DNA of 64,000 nucleotides from Octopus sinensis (GCF_006345805.1 NC_043005.1:2976001-3040000), one strand, 5' to 3'. Positions 24,901-37,127 are shown, numbered from the stretch's first letter. The notes: generated from the sequence alone by a model not told the origin. Translations and numbers: made by a program.

Positions 24901-25277
24901 AGGTGGCTTGTCGGTTTCCTGAAGTTAGTGTTGCAAACCATAAGACTATTCACATCGCAGAACTCCAGCAGCCTGGTTCCCTCCTCGTTGCGGGAACCAT
25001 AACCATAGCCTCCATGTACACCATGGAAGCCCCCAGCATGTCGTCCAACATGCCCATTGAAATCACCAGCCACAAAGAGAAGGTCCCTGTCGTTCGTCAA
25101 TGAGGTGGTCTGCAGTAGGGTGTCATAGAAACTGTCTTTCTGTCCATCGGGTAGCCCTGGCTGAGGGGCATAGGCCGATATAATGGTTGCTAATCTATGA
25201 TGAAGCACTATTCTAATCTTAAGTATTCTGTCACTTACTCTGATTACCTCAATTACTTTATCTACCCATTTCTCAAC
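21962..25277 (-). mobile_element. RTE-clade LINE, 5'-truncated, young
   Basis: APE motifs (SAYAPQ, GDFNGHVG, SQIDYIL, QHRLVV), RT motifs (NYRGIKLL, QFGF, FVDMEKAFDRV, YADD at 23400-23411), a ~530-bp 3'UTR with sub-repeats, and a (GAT)n tail. Confidence 0.95.
22494..25277 (-). pseudogene. RTE ORF (APE endonuclease + RT + PHD-like finger) with two in-frame stops
   Basis: The three track ORFs lie in one frame. Stops are TAA at 23499-23501 (GVH*GSVLSP, expected Q) and TGA at 22776-22778 (probable CGA>TGA). The N-terminal part of APE is missing. Confidence 0.92.
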
Positions 25278-27039
25278 GTCCATATGCATGTGGCTGCATA
25301 TCTGTTTCTCTTAATACTGAAAAAGTGATACACACTTTGATGTGTCTATATGGCTGTGTGCACCCACCAATGTATGGATGTACATATATACATCTGCACA
25401 CAACATCTGTATGTGTGAACACACAAATATACCAGCGTATGCACACACCAATAAATACACGTGGGTATGCAAGTGCAAACCCCCGCCATCAGCTCTATTA
25501 AACAATCATGTGACCCCCCCCCCCCAATGGAACTCGGTGTAGATGATTTCAAATATTTATCAAGACAACCTAACTTTCCAATCCCCCAACATCTTTCCTT
25601 TTGCGCCCACCACCCCCTCAATCTTGTTAGTGTTAGGAAAGCATAGAAATACTAACTGGGACTAGTCTGACTCAGTTCCAGGAATGGGAAGCATTACTGC
25701 AACAACCCAGGGTGAGAAATCCCAGGGTGTCAACAACTCAACCTTTGTGCCTGGAGTACAAAAGCAAGAATTTGAAACAAGTTTCTCATCACTTGGACGA
25801 GAGAAAGGAAAACAGAAAAAAGTTGATCAAAGTTTCTTTTTTTTTTTTAAACAATGATTGGGGTACACATTGATTGTTTTTTTGTTTTTTAGACCAAGGG
25901 TCATAAATGTCCAGTTTCAAAATATGACCAAGATATATGAAGCAGAAATAATATGATTTAAACCCCAAACATGGGTTGGACCTAACCATAAATAGCACCA
26001 GACCTTCTAGAGCCTAAACATTAATAAAATCTATTAAAACAAAAATAAATTTGCAGGACATGAGAGAAGAATATGGAACAAATCTCCAAGACAGGAAGAT
26101 TATAACAGAAAACAGGATACCAGTGATTCCCAAGGGTGTAACCTAATGCCATGTTGTTGGTCTGAGGTAATTCCACATTACAACATGACGGGAGTCTATT
26201 CCTGGATTTCAACAACGGCACAATGCTGGTCTGTGAGTGTTTCACGAGAAACAGAACCAAGCTGGGAGTTATTTGCTGCCAGATATGAAACAACCAGCAC
26301 CAGAATGGTACAAGCGATGGCTGGCATTTGGGGATTGTTTCTTTGTAATATAACAAGAATTTAACAAATTCTAGGGATGCCATAATATACTAAAAACATA
26401 TACAAGATATATTAAACAACGTGATTCTACACAGTCTCCAGATGTGTTAATAATACAGCACCAGAAACCGGGTGAGGCTACACACAAGGACATTCCTGTA
26501 ACATGACACTCTGGTAAAAGGGTGAGGGGGGTCCCCCACCACCTCATGTAAAGACACAACACATTCTCACAAAATGTTCCTAGAAGTGACCTAACATATT
26601 GCAGTGTCACCGTGACAGAACCAGGATGTGAAAACAACAAAAGAAAACACACCTGGGCAGGTACAAACGGTGAAGCTCTGTTCATAATAATAATAAAATG
26701 ATTAATGGCAGTCATTTATTATGTAAAAAAAAAAAAATTTAAACGTGTCCCAGTTAAGTCTCATTCACACACACTATTTATATATGAACCTTTAATTTTG
26801 AAACAGACACTAAATGTGACACTGTGGAGGTCATCTGACCAACACTGCTGGATTTCTGGCAGTGTTGATACTATTCAGACATCTGTATGGAAAAACAAAG
26901 TGATGAGCCAACATACTAGAAACATCCGTTAAGCAATAAATGTAGAATCATCAGGTGGATGTTTGCATGGATTCAGTGACGGCACAGGGTTGGCCAGGCA
27001 CAGAAACAAAAGAAAAATTCTGAAACTATTAAAATAATA

Positions 27040-27240
27040 GCTTTGGCACAAGGCCAGCAATTTGAGGAGAGGGGTTAGGTCGATTACATCGACCCTAGTG
27101 CTCAACTGGTACTTAGTTTATCAACCTCGAAAGGCAAAGTTGACCTTGGCAGAATTTGAACTCAGAACGTAAAGACGGACGAAATGCCACGAAGCATTTT
27201 GCCTGGCGTGCTAACAGTTCTGCCAACTCACTGCCTTTAA
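27040..27240 (-). mobile_element. Family-A SINE
   Basis: Same unit with a small internal deletion. Confidence 0.85.
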
Positions 27241-28181
27241 TAATTTTATTATTTAACAATAACGTAATTCTTAATTGCTCTTGAACACCACTATGTATGT
27301 GTTTGTATATATATGTGTGTGTCTGAGTGTGTACATACAAACACACACAAATATAGGACAGGCAGGAGACAATGGATGGAGGTGTGTGTGTGTGAGTGAA
27401 TGAGGGAGGGGATTGGGATTAAACTTTGGATTTAAAAAAAACAATTCCAACTTATTTTTTTTTTTTAATTTAACACCCCAGAAAAATATTTTAAAATGTT
27501 AGAAATACGTAATCCTTTCAAGAGATTCCAAAATTTAAGTAAAAAAAAGAAAAAGAAAAAAGCTAGCGATAAGCTGTAGGAAAAAATAGAAAATGAAATG
27601 ATATCAAGTGTGGGGGGGGAGGTGAATACTGTTAAACATATATCAGAATCTATGGTTCCAGGAGTGGGGGGGGGCACAGAATCTGAAACGAAAGGAGAGA
27701 GAATTTCTGTATCTCACTCACTCATTGTTTCTAGTTCTTTCTCCACTCATCACAAGCCACACTCTCACTCTACGAGTTATCCAATGTATATTTTATGTGA
27801 ATGAGGGAGAGAGAGAGAGCAAGAGACAACTTAGAAGATGTTTTAAGACGGAGAAGATAAAAAAAAAAAAAGAAACCAGTTGTTTTATCTTCTCTGCTTC
27901 AACACATCCTCCTGTGACTTGTCAGCATCACTCAGCAATAGGATTCGTTATCCTTTGTCAAGCAACATCTTTATAAACCATTAAATAGTCTTTTGCAAAA
28001 CAGATGAATAGATGAATGAAAGCGAGAGTGTGTGTGTGTGTGTGTGTGTGTGCGAGCAGATATATATTTATATATATATATCTAGGGCTTTGGGTGTATG
28101 TGTGTGGCGGTTTATGATGCATGCTTGAATGTATAACATTTATATATAATGTTTATCTATGTATATATGTGTCTGTGTGTA

Positions 28182-28214
<33 letters not shown>

Positions 28215-28281
28215 GTATATTTCTTTTGTCTATTAAACTGTTGTATACACACCACAACAAATGTGCAACTGTCCTAATTGC

Positions 28282-28815
28282 TCAACAACCATCCTTACAA
28301 CTGACCACGGCCCCTATTATTATCCATAGAACAATGCCAACAACAAAACTAATATAGACAAACCACACAGCGAGTTTGCCGTCCCGTTGCATGAGACCAT
28401 ACAGTCCTTTCGACTGGTGTTTCAGTGTCTTCTGTACATAGTGATACGCTACAATTGCTGTGGGGAAAAAGAATAGAAAGCTGACACAGGATGCAATCAA
28501 GACCCATTGCAGGTGTTTCCAGGGTCGTGGCAACATCTCGGCAGAAGGTACACGCCGCACCATGTGGGGTACTGAAACTGTTGTCTCTCTGTAAGGATTG
28601 TCTGTTGTGTTCATAAAAACTGGTTCTATGGAGAATGCCCTCATGTCCTCGGGGCCGCTACCAGATGGTGTGTGTTGGTCGATGAGCGACGTCACATCAA
28701 CGGACATGGCACCGTTGTGTGCATTTAGGTCGGCAGCAAAATCACTGTCCTCATGACTCTCCTTGTGCAGGGGCTGCCTCTCACTGGAATGGTTGCCATT
28801 GTCACCAGACGACAT
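28282..28815 (-). CDS. CD225/dispanin-family (IFITM/PRRT/SynDIG-like) membrane protein, 177 aa, single coding exon
   Basis: Acidic Ser/Pro-rich N-terminus, then P-x-W..VLIASCVSFLFFFPTAIVAYHY, a basic loop with G..G..A pattern (KGLYGLMQRDGKLA), and a second hydrophobic segment (VWFVYISFVVGIVLWIIIGAVV). Acceptor TTTTCTCTTCCAG lies 45 nt upstream with an in-frame stop before the ATG. Confidence 0.8.
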   Translation of the reverse strand: MSSGDNGNHSSERQPLHKESHEDSDFAADLNAHNGAMSVDVTSLIDQHTPSGSGPEDMRAFSIEPVFMNTTDNPYRETTVSVPHMVRRVPSAEMLPRPWKHLQWVLIASCVSFLFFFPTAIVAYHYVQKTLKHQSKGLYGLMQRDGKLAVWFVYISFVVGIVLWIIIGAVVSCKDGC

Positions 28816-29559
28816 GTTTCTAGCAAGAGGGGTGTCTCACAGATGAAATACTCGAGGCCACTGGAAGAGAAAATGAAAACATTCTTTCAGCAATTTACAA
28901 CACAAACAGACAATGAAACATTGAAATAGACAAAGAGAAATTTTAATTTGGAAGGTTTTATCAACCAAAACATTCTTCAGGACCAATTTCTTGAATGTTT
29001 TATGGATTACATAGAAACCCTCTCTTAGCTATGGGGGTGCAAACTTAAATCCTATCATTTTCCCTCTACCATAAAGAACTGACTGGCTCCACCTTCCACG
29101 TCTTTTTAGTGCAATCCTGCTTCCAACATCTACTTCAACAAGCTGTTTATCTGAATGCTTGTTGTTAATCGTTTCTAACCATAAAATCAGAAATAATATC
29201 CTGTTATCTCAAGCAATTGTCAGAGACGCATCAAGAAATCTAAACCAGTCTCTTATCAGCCTTATTATGGTGGACAGCTTTCACGGAATTCAAAGTCAAA
29301 ACTGTATGTTAAACAACCATTTATATCGTCTTCCTCTCAATATCCTACTTTTTAAAGAGGACGTGATCTAATCACATTTTAGTTCCGTTTTAATGTCAGA
29401 GTCAACTGTTACAAAAACAATTTCACCAAAGTATTAGGACATGGTATTTAAAAGAAGATTAACCTATTATTAGCAGGTTACGTGATAAGCTTCTTCCTCG
29501 CTGATTCGTCTAGGCATTTTGCAGTTGTGATTACTGTTGTTGGTGTTTTTGAAGCAAAC

Positions 29560-29672
29560 CTGTATTATTCGAACGTTTTGAGATCAGCTCAAAAGCTCCA
29601 ACGGATTGAAGGTGTGGGTGAGTAACAGGGGTGCATCCAACCAGAGCTGCTCATCGCTCAGGCCTGACTCAC
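29560..29672 (-). other. Candidate exon (probably 5'UTR of the CD225 gene)
   Basis: Acceptor CTCTGTTTCTGTAG, donor CAG|GTTTGC, non-repetitive sequence. Confidence 0.4.
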
Positions 29673-29779
29673 CTACAGAAACAGAGATTAACAATTAACA
29701 TTGATTTATCTATAATAAGTCTCAGTTTAATTATTCACTCGCAATATTATCTTCCTTCTTTGTTTCTTTTTTTTTTTTT

Positions 29780-30030
29780 TTTTACTTGTTTCAGTCATTA
29801 GACAGCGGCCATGCTGGAGCATCACCTGGAAGAATTTTTAGCCAAATAAATCGACCCTAGTACTTGTGTTTTTTTTTATTTTAAGTCTTGCACTTATTCT
29901 ATTGGTCTCTTTTGCTGAACCACTAAGTTACAGGGACATAAACACACCAACACCTGTTGTCAAACAGTAGTGGGAGACAGACACACACACAACAGGTTTC
30001 TTTCAGTTTTTTTTTCAACCAAATCCATTC
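29780..30030 (-). mobile_element. SINE family B, 3' half
   Basis: CTTGTTTCAGTCA...GGCCATGCTGGAGCA...AAACACACCAACA. Confidence 0.75.
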
Positions 30031-30307
30031 ATATTATTATTTCAAGATATGCCACAATATTTTCTGATGGGACAGAAGAATCTGTTCCCCATGTCCTCCA
30101 TTATTCCTCCATGGTTATTTTTGAATTACATATCTATAAAGAATCTATCATTTTTGCTATGGTACTCACTCGATGCATCCTAAATAATGGTAGAGGTACA
30201 TATCAACAGAGCCACTCCCATAGCTCAGCTTCCATCCTGTTTAGCTGATAACCGTTTTAACAAAGCCCCCCCCCCCCACCACCACCACCACCAAACTGTG
30301 TAATGCC

Positions 30308-30680
30308 ATCATCGTTTAACATCCGCTTTCCATGCTAACATGGGTTGGACGATTTTGACTGAGGGCTGGCGAACCAGACGGCTGCACCAGGCCCCAATCT
30401 TGATCTAGCAGAGTTTCTACAGCTAGATGCCCTTCCTAACGCCAACCACTTTGAGAGTGTAGTGGGTGCTTTTTACGTGCCACCAGCATGGGGGCCAGTC
30501 AGGCGGTACTGGCAACGGCCTCGCTAGAATCTTTTTACACATGCCATCAGCACAGGTGCCAGTAAGGCGACGTTGGTAACAATCATGCTCGAATGGTGCC
30601 CTTTTATGTGCCACTGGCATGGAAGCCAGTTGGCTGCTCTGGCAACGATCACTCTCGGATGGTGCTCGTTGCCAGAGCAG
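30308..30680 (-). mobile_element. RTE 3'-end fragment with sub-repeats
   Basis: Near match to 14555-14925. Confidence 0.88.
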
Positions 30681-30899
30681 CCAATTGTGTGTTAATATCA
30701 AAAACTGACAATCTACACTAAGTTTCACCCAGGGCTGTGTTGTTCAAAATAGTCATGACTATCCCAACCCTTGGTGAATCTCAAGAGTAAGTGTCAACTT
30801 TTCATATAATAAGCCTGTCTCAGCCAATGTAGTAAGATCTATATCACGATATCAGATAATGTTTCCAATATATAAAATACAGTGTTTAATGGACTTCAC

Positions 30900-31160
30900 A
30901 ACGATGCCGGTGCCACATAAAAAGCACCATCCCTGTTAAAGGTAACTGTACCTGTTTCTACATAAAAAGGCATCTGTGCTGGTGTCATGTAAAAAGCACC
31001 CAGTCCACTCCTGTAAAGTGGTTGTCATTAGGAAGGGCATCCAGCCATAGAAACCATGCTAAAACAGACAATTGGAGCCTGGTGCAGCCCTCCGGCCTTG
31101 CCATCTCCTGTGAAACCATCCAACCCATGCCAGCAAGGAAAATGGATGTTGAATGGTGAA
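30900..31160 (+). mobile_element. RTE 3'-end fragment, degenerate
   Basis: GGAAGGGCATCCAGCC ... CCAACCCATGCCAGC. Confidence 0.7.
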
Positions 31161-31397
31161 GTATACACCCAGAACCATGCTAATAGCTCAGGAGTGAAGT
31201 TTAGCATTTCTCAGTTTTCTGTGAATCGATTTTGATAAAACTTTTCGCAGCTGGTTTGCACCCCATGGCAACACCATTGTTACGTCTTCATTATTCTGTG
31301 TAGCATCCTTTCTTTTTTTGTTTCAGATTCTTCAGTTTTGGGGTGAACCACGCTAATAGCTTTTGAATGAAAATGGCCCAACTAGACTTTTATTCAC

Positions 31398-31502
31398 CTC
31401 AGGTTTAGGCTGGGTGCACTGTTTTCTTGCTGGGCTGGTGCCTGAAAGTATTGGCGATCGAATAAGCACACACCAGTAGAACACTGACTGCATAAAACCA
31501 AT
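31398..31502 (-). other. Candidate 105-nt exon
   Basis: Pyrimidine-rich acceptor ...GTTCAG and donor GAG|GTGAAT; hydrophobic translation in two frames. Confidence 0.4.
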
Positions 31503-31830
31503 CTGAACTTTGTCAGCATTGAAAAGCAGAAATAAAACAACAACAATGTTGATGTATACACACACACACACACCTGAACATTTCTTTAAGAGTCAATGGG
31601 TGGTCAATCTAAGCATTACAAATTTAAGAAGCCAACATCTTAGGAATTGTAATGTCTGGTTCTGTCTGTTAGTGACAGTTATACCATTGTTAGAAAGATC
31701 TTTACTTTGGTGGCTACCGTCAAAAAGAAAAAAGCCAAAAAAAAAAAGCCCAAGAAATGGAATTAAAAGAATCTCTTGAATACAATTCTTAGAATTAGGT
31801 TTTTGACATTTCTGTTGTCTTTGATATCAC

Positions 31831-31919
31831 AAACAGTCCAAAGAATATCCTGAAAGCAGACGTATATGAGTATGATGATAATATTCCATCACCAAGTAGA
31901 AATTGTTCAGCCACACCCT
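31831..31919 (-). other. Candidate exon (donor at 31835 or 31831)
   Basis: Acceptor TTGTTTTCCATGCAG; translation EGVAEQFLLGDGILSSYSYTSAFRIFFGLF or, in another frame, MEYYHHTHIRLLSGYSLD. Confidence 0.35.
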
Positions 31920-32025
31920 CTGCATGGAAAACAATAGTTAAGTTAGTATTCACATGTTTAATGTTGGGACAGTAAAAACAATAAAATAAAATAAAAACTA
32001 GGCATAATTCTTTGATGAAGGATAT

Positions 32026-32577
32026 GTGGGGCAATAGGTGAGGCAATAGGTGGGGCAATAGGTGGGGCAATAGGTGGGGCAATAGGTGAGGCAATAGGTG
32101 GGGCAATAGGTGGGGCAATAGGTGAGGCAATAGGTGGGGCAATAGGTGAGGCCAATAGGTGGGGCAATAGGTGGGGCAATAGGTGGGGCAATAGGTGGGC
32201 CAATAGGTGGGGCAATAGGTGGGGCAATAGGTGGGGCAATAGGTGGGCCAATAGGTGGGCCAATAGGTGGGGCAATAGGTGGGCCAATAGGTGGGCCAAT
32301 AGGTGGGCCAATAGGTGGGGCAATAGGTGGGCCAATAGGTGGGGCAATAGGTGGGGCAATAGGTGGGCCAATAGGTGGGCCAATAGGTGGGCCAGTAGGT
32401 GGGGCAATAGGTGGGCCAGTAGGTGGGGCAATAGGTGGGGCAATAGGTGGGCCAATAGGTGGGGCAATAGGTGAGGCAATAGGTGAAGCAATAGGTGGGC
32501 CAATAGGTGGGGCAATAGTTGGGCCAATAGGTGGGCCAGTAGGTGGGGCAATAGGTGGGGCAATAGCTGGGGCAATA
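32026..32577. repeat. 12-bp minisatellite (G/C)CAATAGGTGGG, ~46 units
   Basis: Direct tandem repeat with GCAAT/CCAAT and GTGGG/GTGAG variants; one 13-bp unit near 32150. Confidence 0.97.
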
Positions 32578-32689
32578 AGCAGACTTCAAACTTAGTTTGT
32601 ACGAGAAGATACTCATTGAGTTAGGGTAGAAAACTAGAATTGAGTGGAGGCATTAGGAAGGACAGCCAGCCATAAGACCATGCCAAAGC

Positions 32690-32849
32690 AGACCTCACCA
32701 GTGCTGGTGCCACATAAAAAGCACCCAGTCCACTGTAAAGTGGTTGGCATTAGGAAGGGCATCCAGCTGTGGAAACTGTGCCAACATCCAAGCCACACCT
32801 GCATGGAAAATGGACATTAAATGGTAATGATGATGATGATGATGATGAT
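32690..32849 (+). mobile_element. RTE 3'-end fragment
   Basis: AAAAAGCACCCAG...GGAAGGGCATCCAGCTG...(GAT)n. Confidence 0.75.
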
Positions 32850-33061
32850 ATCTGCTTATCAGATTTGCTTATGATTGTTGTTAGCCCCAGTTTATCTGCA
32901 ACTATGAGTCCTTCTCCTCTTTAAGGTAGTGGATTGCAATGTGAGACAGATTTGACTACTATTTCTAGCCAGACCACTTAGAGGTTCTCTCATCTAGTTT
33001 TCCCATCATGAACATCATTTGTTTCTCATCTGAAGAAGTTTAGTCAATACATTATTTCCAT

Positions 33062-33187
33062 TTGACGGATATTCGTCCTCATCTTGTTTATTGTTAACAC
33101 AACGTTTCGGCTGATATACCCTCCAGCCTTCATCAGGTATCCTGAGGGAATTTCGAACCTGGGTTCTCATTCCTAAGGTATATTTCC
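33062..33187 (-). ncRNA. Hammerhead-bearing short repeat, copy 4 (best-preserved core)
   Basis: Minus strand reads GATAC-CTGATGA-A-GGCTG-GAGGGTATAT-CAGCC-GAAA-CGTT-GTGTT (33096-33141). Confidence 0.75.
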
Positions 33188-33224
33188 AGTATTGTTGTTG
33201 TTGTTATTATTATTATTAATAATA

Positions 33225-33255
<31 letters not shown>

Positions 33256-33260
33256 CATTG

Positions 33261-33608
33261 CAAAATCGAATTGAACCAGCCAGGACCCCTGGTCTGGTGG
33301 TACGTAAAAAGCACTATCCGACTCGTGGCCGATGCCAGCGCCACCTCGACTGGCTTCCGTGCCGGTGGCACGTAAAATGCACCAATCCGACCGTGGCCGT
33401 TGCCAGCCTCGCCTGGTACCTGTGCAGGTGGCACGTAAAAAGCACCCACTACACTCACGGAGTGGTTGGCGTTAGGAAGGACATCCAGCTGTAGAAACAT
33501 TGCCAGATTAGACTGGAGCCTGGTGCAGCCTTCTGGCTTCCCAGATCCCTGGTCGAACCGTCCAACCCATGCTAGCATGGAGAACGGACGTTAAACGATG
33601 ATGATGAT
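33261..33608 (+). mobile_element. RTE 3'-end fragment, young, inserted between a Dong fragment and its (TAA)n tail
   Basis: Three sub-repeats and a (GAT)n tail; ATTGC on both flanks. Confidence 0.88.
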
Positions 33609-33786
33609 GATTGCCTTTGCACAGCTTCTAACGCTGGAGATGAACTACAGTGTCAGCTGTTCACTACCAGTGAACTATGGTAACACCTCTTCTTTTTCGA
33701 GCACTTTCCGGAGTATTCGAGCGGTTCCAAGCAGTGCTGTTTTCTGCAAGGGCTCCACCCTTATTGCAACCCCTATTTGTTCCACA
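33609..33786 (-). mobile_element. R4/Dong-clade non-LTR element, extreme 3' fragment
   Basis: Translates YVEQIGVAIRVEPLQKTALLGTARILRKVLEKEEVLP*, the C-terminal motif of RLE-type elements; 5' end abuts (TAA)n. Confidence 0.8.
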
Positions 33787-33949
33787 TATTATTATTATGA
33801 TTATTATTACTTTTATTCAAGTCACTACCTGAATGTAAATGAGGTACATAATTCCTCATCTTTCAAATATAGAACCGTATTATCTTGGTTGATTTTGATT
33901 TCCTATAACAAATCTTCAATCAACAAGTTTTTAAATTTATATTCTAGGT

Positions 33950-34290
33950 GCAAGTGCAGCTCTGTGGTAAGAAGCTTGCTTCCCAACCACATGGTTCTGG
34001 GTTCAGTCCCATTGCATGGCACCTTGGGCAAGTGCCTTCTGCTATATCCTCAGGCCAACCAAAGCTTTGTGAATGGATTTGGTAGACAGAAACTGAAAGA
34101 AGTCCATCATGTATGTTAGTGTATTTACATCCCCATAACTTAGCGGTTTGGCAAAAGAGACCAATAGAACAAGTACCAAGCTTAAACAAAACAAAAATAA
34201 GTACCAGGATCAATTCTTTTGACTAAAAATTCCTCGAGGTGGTGCCTCGTGCTGGGGTACCCCCTTGTCTAGGGACTGAAATAAGTAAAA
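33950..34290 (+). mobile_element. SINE family B
   Basis: GCAGCTCTGTGGTAAGAAGCTTGCTTCCCAACCACATGG head. Confidence 0.85.
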
Positions 34291-35084
34291 CTCTAAATAT
34301 TTGACATGGATTTCAAGTGTTGACCTCTTTTGCCTTGTTTCCATGCATTTTGGTGGCCTTCACCCAGGAGCTGGAGGAGGAGGCAATTTGAATATGCGTC
34401 AGATGTGAGGTGTTTTAGTCAGGTGTGTAGTTAGGAGATGTATGGAGTGGAGGCTGATTAGGTAAAGAATTTTGTAGGACAGTGATGGGGGGAGAGGTGG
34501 TCTATGCAGGAATCTGGATAAATTACATGCAACCAATTTTGGGAGGGCAAGGAAGTGGGTCGTTAGAATAAGTAACAGTATCGATTTTATTTGGTCATGT
34601 AGACTCAGGTATGGTTGTGAGGCTCAGAGGGTTGTTTCCCAACCATGTGGTCTTGGGTTCAGTCCCACTGTATGATACTTCGGGCAAGTGTTTCCTATTA
34701 TGGCCCTTAGCCAGCCTAAACCATCTTAGTGGATTTGTTAAGGGCAAACTGAAAACAAAAAAAGCCCATTCCTCATCATCATTTAGCGTCCATTGTCCAT
34801 GCTGGCATGGGTTGGACGGTCTGACCAGGGCTGGTAAGGCCGAAGAACTGCACCAGATTCCAGTCTGATTTGGCTATTTACCTATACACGTATTAGTGCC
34901 ATGTAAAAAGCACTCTTTGCCAGTGTCACATGAAAGGCACCCAGTATGTTCTGTAAAGCTGTTGGTATTAGGAAAAGCCTTCAACCACAGAAACCATACC
35001 AAAAAAAACAATGGCTCCTGGGGCCTTATCAGCACCTGTCAAACCAATCCATGTCAGCATGGGAAACAATAAGGATTTAATTTT

Positions 35085-35123
<39 letters not shown>

Positions 35124-35124
35124 C

Positions 35125-35465
35125 ACAGGTGTGGCAAGAAGCTTACTTCCCAACCACTGGGTTCTGGGTTCAGTCCCACTGTGTGGTACCTCGGGCACAC
35201 CAAAGCCTTGTGAGTGGACAGAAACTGAAAGAAGCCCATTGTATATATACATGTGTTTGTATTTGTTTCCCACCACTGGCTTCATGGCCATTGTTGATGT
35301 GTTTCCGTCTCAGTAACTTAGTAGTTTGGCAAAAGAGATCAACAGAATAAGTTCCAGGCTTAAGAAAGAAGCAAGTGCTGGGGTCAATTCATTTGGCTAG
35401 AACTTCTCCAAGGCAGTGCTGCCCCAGCATGGCCACAGTCTAATGACTGAAACAAGTCAAAAATA
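35125..35465 (+). mobile_element. SINE family B
   Basis: Same head and 3' CCCCAGCATGGCCACAG end. Confidence 0.8.
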
Positions 35466-36261
35466 TATGGTTAAATAAGATTAAAAACTTTGTAGAATAC
35501 AAGCAAAGCTTGTCCTCAGTTATTGGCAACCTGATGTCATCATACAGTGGAAATAGACTTGTTACTGGATATACATCAAGAATCCCACAGTCTCCATTTG
35601 ATGGCTGATAGGGATTACACAATATGTTATTTATATTGTCTCACCAATGTATTATGAGTGCGAAAAAGAGTGTTGAAACAATTGTAGTGACATTTAATAA
35701 AGAATGTCGCCCAATCCATTTTCTATTATTTATCTGTGTGTGTGTGAGCTTGAGTACCCATGTCTTGACATCATGTGGTGAATGTAAATGAACATCACTC
35801 ATACAAGCAATGTTCATTTCCAATCTTCTGTAGAAAGCATGTCTGGCCATGGAAACAGGTGAAGGTCGGTGACAGGAAAGACATCCCAGCTGCCTGCTGA
35901 CGCTTGCCAGCATGGGGAAGTGGACATTAAAATGACGAAGATGGTGACATCGTTATTGTTTACATGTTCACACAAAGTAGAATGCCACTCAAGATTTGAA
36001 TCCAAAATATAAAAGGGTAGAAGGAAATACCACAAGGTATTTAGTCTAAAATGCAACCACTCGTGACAATAATAATTCATCCTAACAGCCATGAAGCCAC
36101 AAATTTCATGAGAGTTCAAATTCTGCCGACATCAGATTTGTCTTTCATTATTTCAGAGTCAATGAAATAAGTACAAGTCAAGAACTGGGGGGTCAACATA
36201 ATTAACAAGACCCCCACCCCTGAAATTTCAGGGCTTGTGCCTATAACAGAAAGAACTATTA

Positions 36262-37123
36262 TCATCTCTTTATCACAGGTTTTGTTGTAATACCTGGAGT
36301 CTTGCATGCATAGCGGGCACCTTACCTGCAGCCCACGGGACCATGCTATTCGTGCTTTTCAGCTACCAAATACTTTTCTGATTATTCTGGCCCTGCCAAA
36401 GAGGCAAACCTTTTGCAACAGTTCTATTGGGCACTCTATTCCAATTTCCTTTATATTCCTCTTGATACCTTCTGATTCTATTCCCAAGGACCCAACAACA
36501 GTTGGCACTATCTCCCCCTCTTTATTTTTCCATAGCCAGGATATTTCGTATTTTAGAGAGTTGTGTCTGTCTATCTTTTCGCCCACCTTCTTGACTATTC
36601 GTGGGTCAAAGGGGCATGCAACATCAACTATATAGCGTATGTGGTGCACCTTGTCCACCACCACTAGGTCCGGTCTCTTGTGCTCTAGCACTTGATTTGT
36701 TTGGATTGGGAAAATCCCAGAGGATTTTGCTAGTCTCTCACCCTGCCACTCTGTGGTTTCTGCTCATTCCATGCCTTGCTTCTCTCTAGTCCCCACTTTT
36801 CACACAGTTTCAAATGTAGCACTTTCGCTACCTGGTTGTGTCGCCATAACTTGTAGAGGTTTTGGGCAAGTCTAGGGCATTCGTTCATCATATGGGCAAT
36901 GGTTTCATCCACTCTGTTGCAGATGCAGTACAGCAGAGACACCTGTTCACTCCTCAGGTTGACCCTCCAATTCGTGACCAAAGCTTGGTCCTGCGCTGCC
37001 AGTATAGTGCTCTCGGTCTCTTTTTTTTTAGGGTTCCTTTCATCAGTCAACCCCATGTATTTTTCCAGCAACTTCTGTTGTGGTTACATTGAATTGTGTA
37101 GTCCCTTCTTGCATAATTCTTCT

Positions 37124-37127
<4 letters not shown>
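36262..37127 (-). mobile_element. R4/Dong-clade non-LTR retrotransposon, 3' ~0.87 kb, frameshifted
   Basis: ETESTILAAQDQAL, CCHC knuckle (CICNRVDETIAHMMNEC), RHNQVA, then RLE motifs RPDLVV, DVACP, VVGSLG, LQKVCLFGRARIIRKV; 5' junction in (TAA)n. Confidence 0.92.

Noticed and set aside
26021-26715. Minus-strand ORFs of 120 and 114 aa downstream of the CD225 stop
   Set aside because: No motif, and no consistent splice phases; more simply 3'UTR or intergenic DNA.
31795-32616. 273-aa CPTY/WPTY ORF and the overlapping LLPH and GGAI ORFs as real proteins
   Set aside because: All arise from one 12-bp minisatellite, and a 13-bp unit switches frames mid-array without apparent constraint.
33192-33578. 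Recurrent ORFs such as MLAWVGRFD...FLQLDALPNANHS (also 4888, 5671, 8685, 21994) as a gene family
   Set aside because: They are antisense translations of the RTE 3'UTR repeat.
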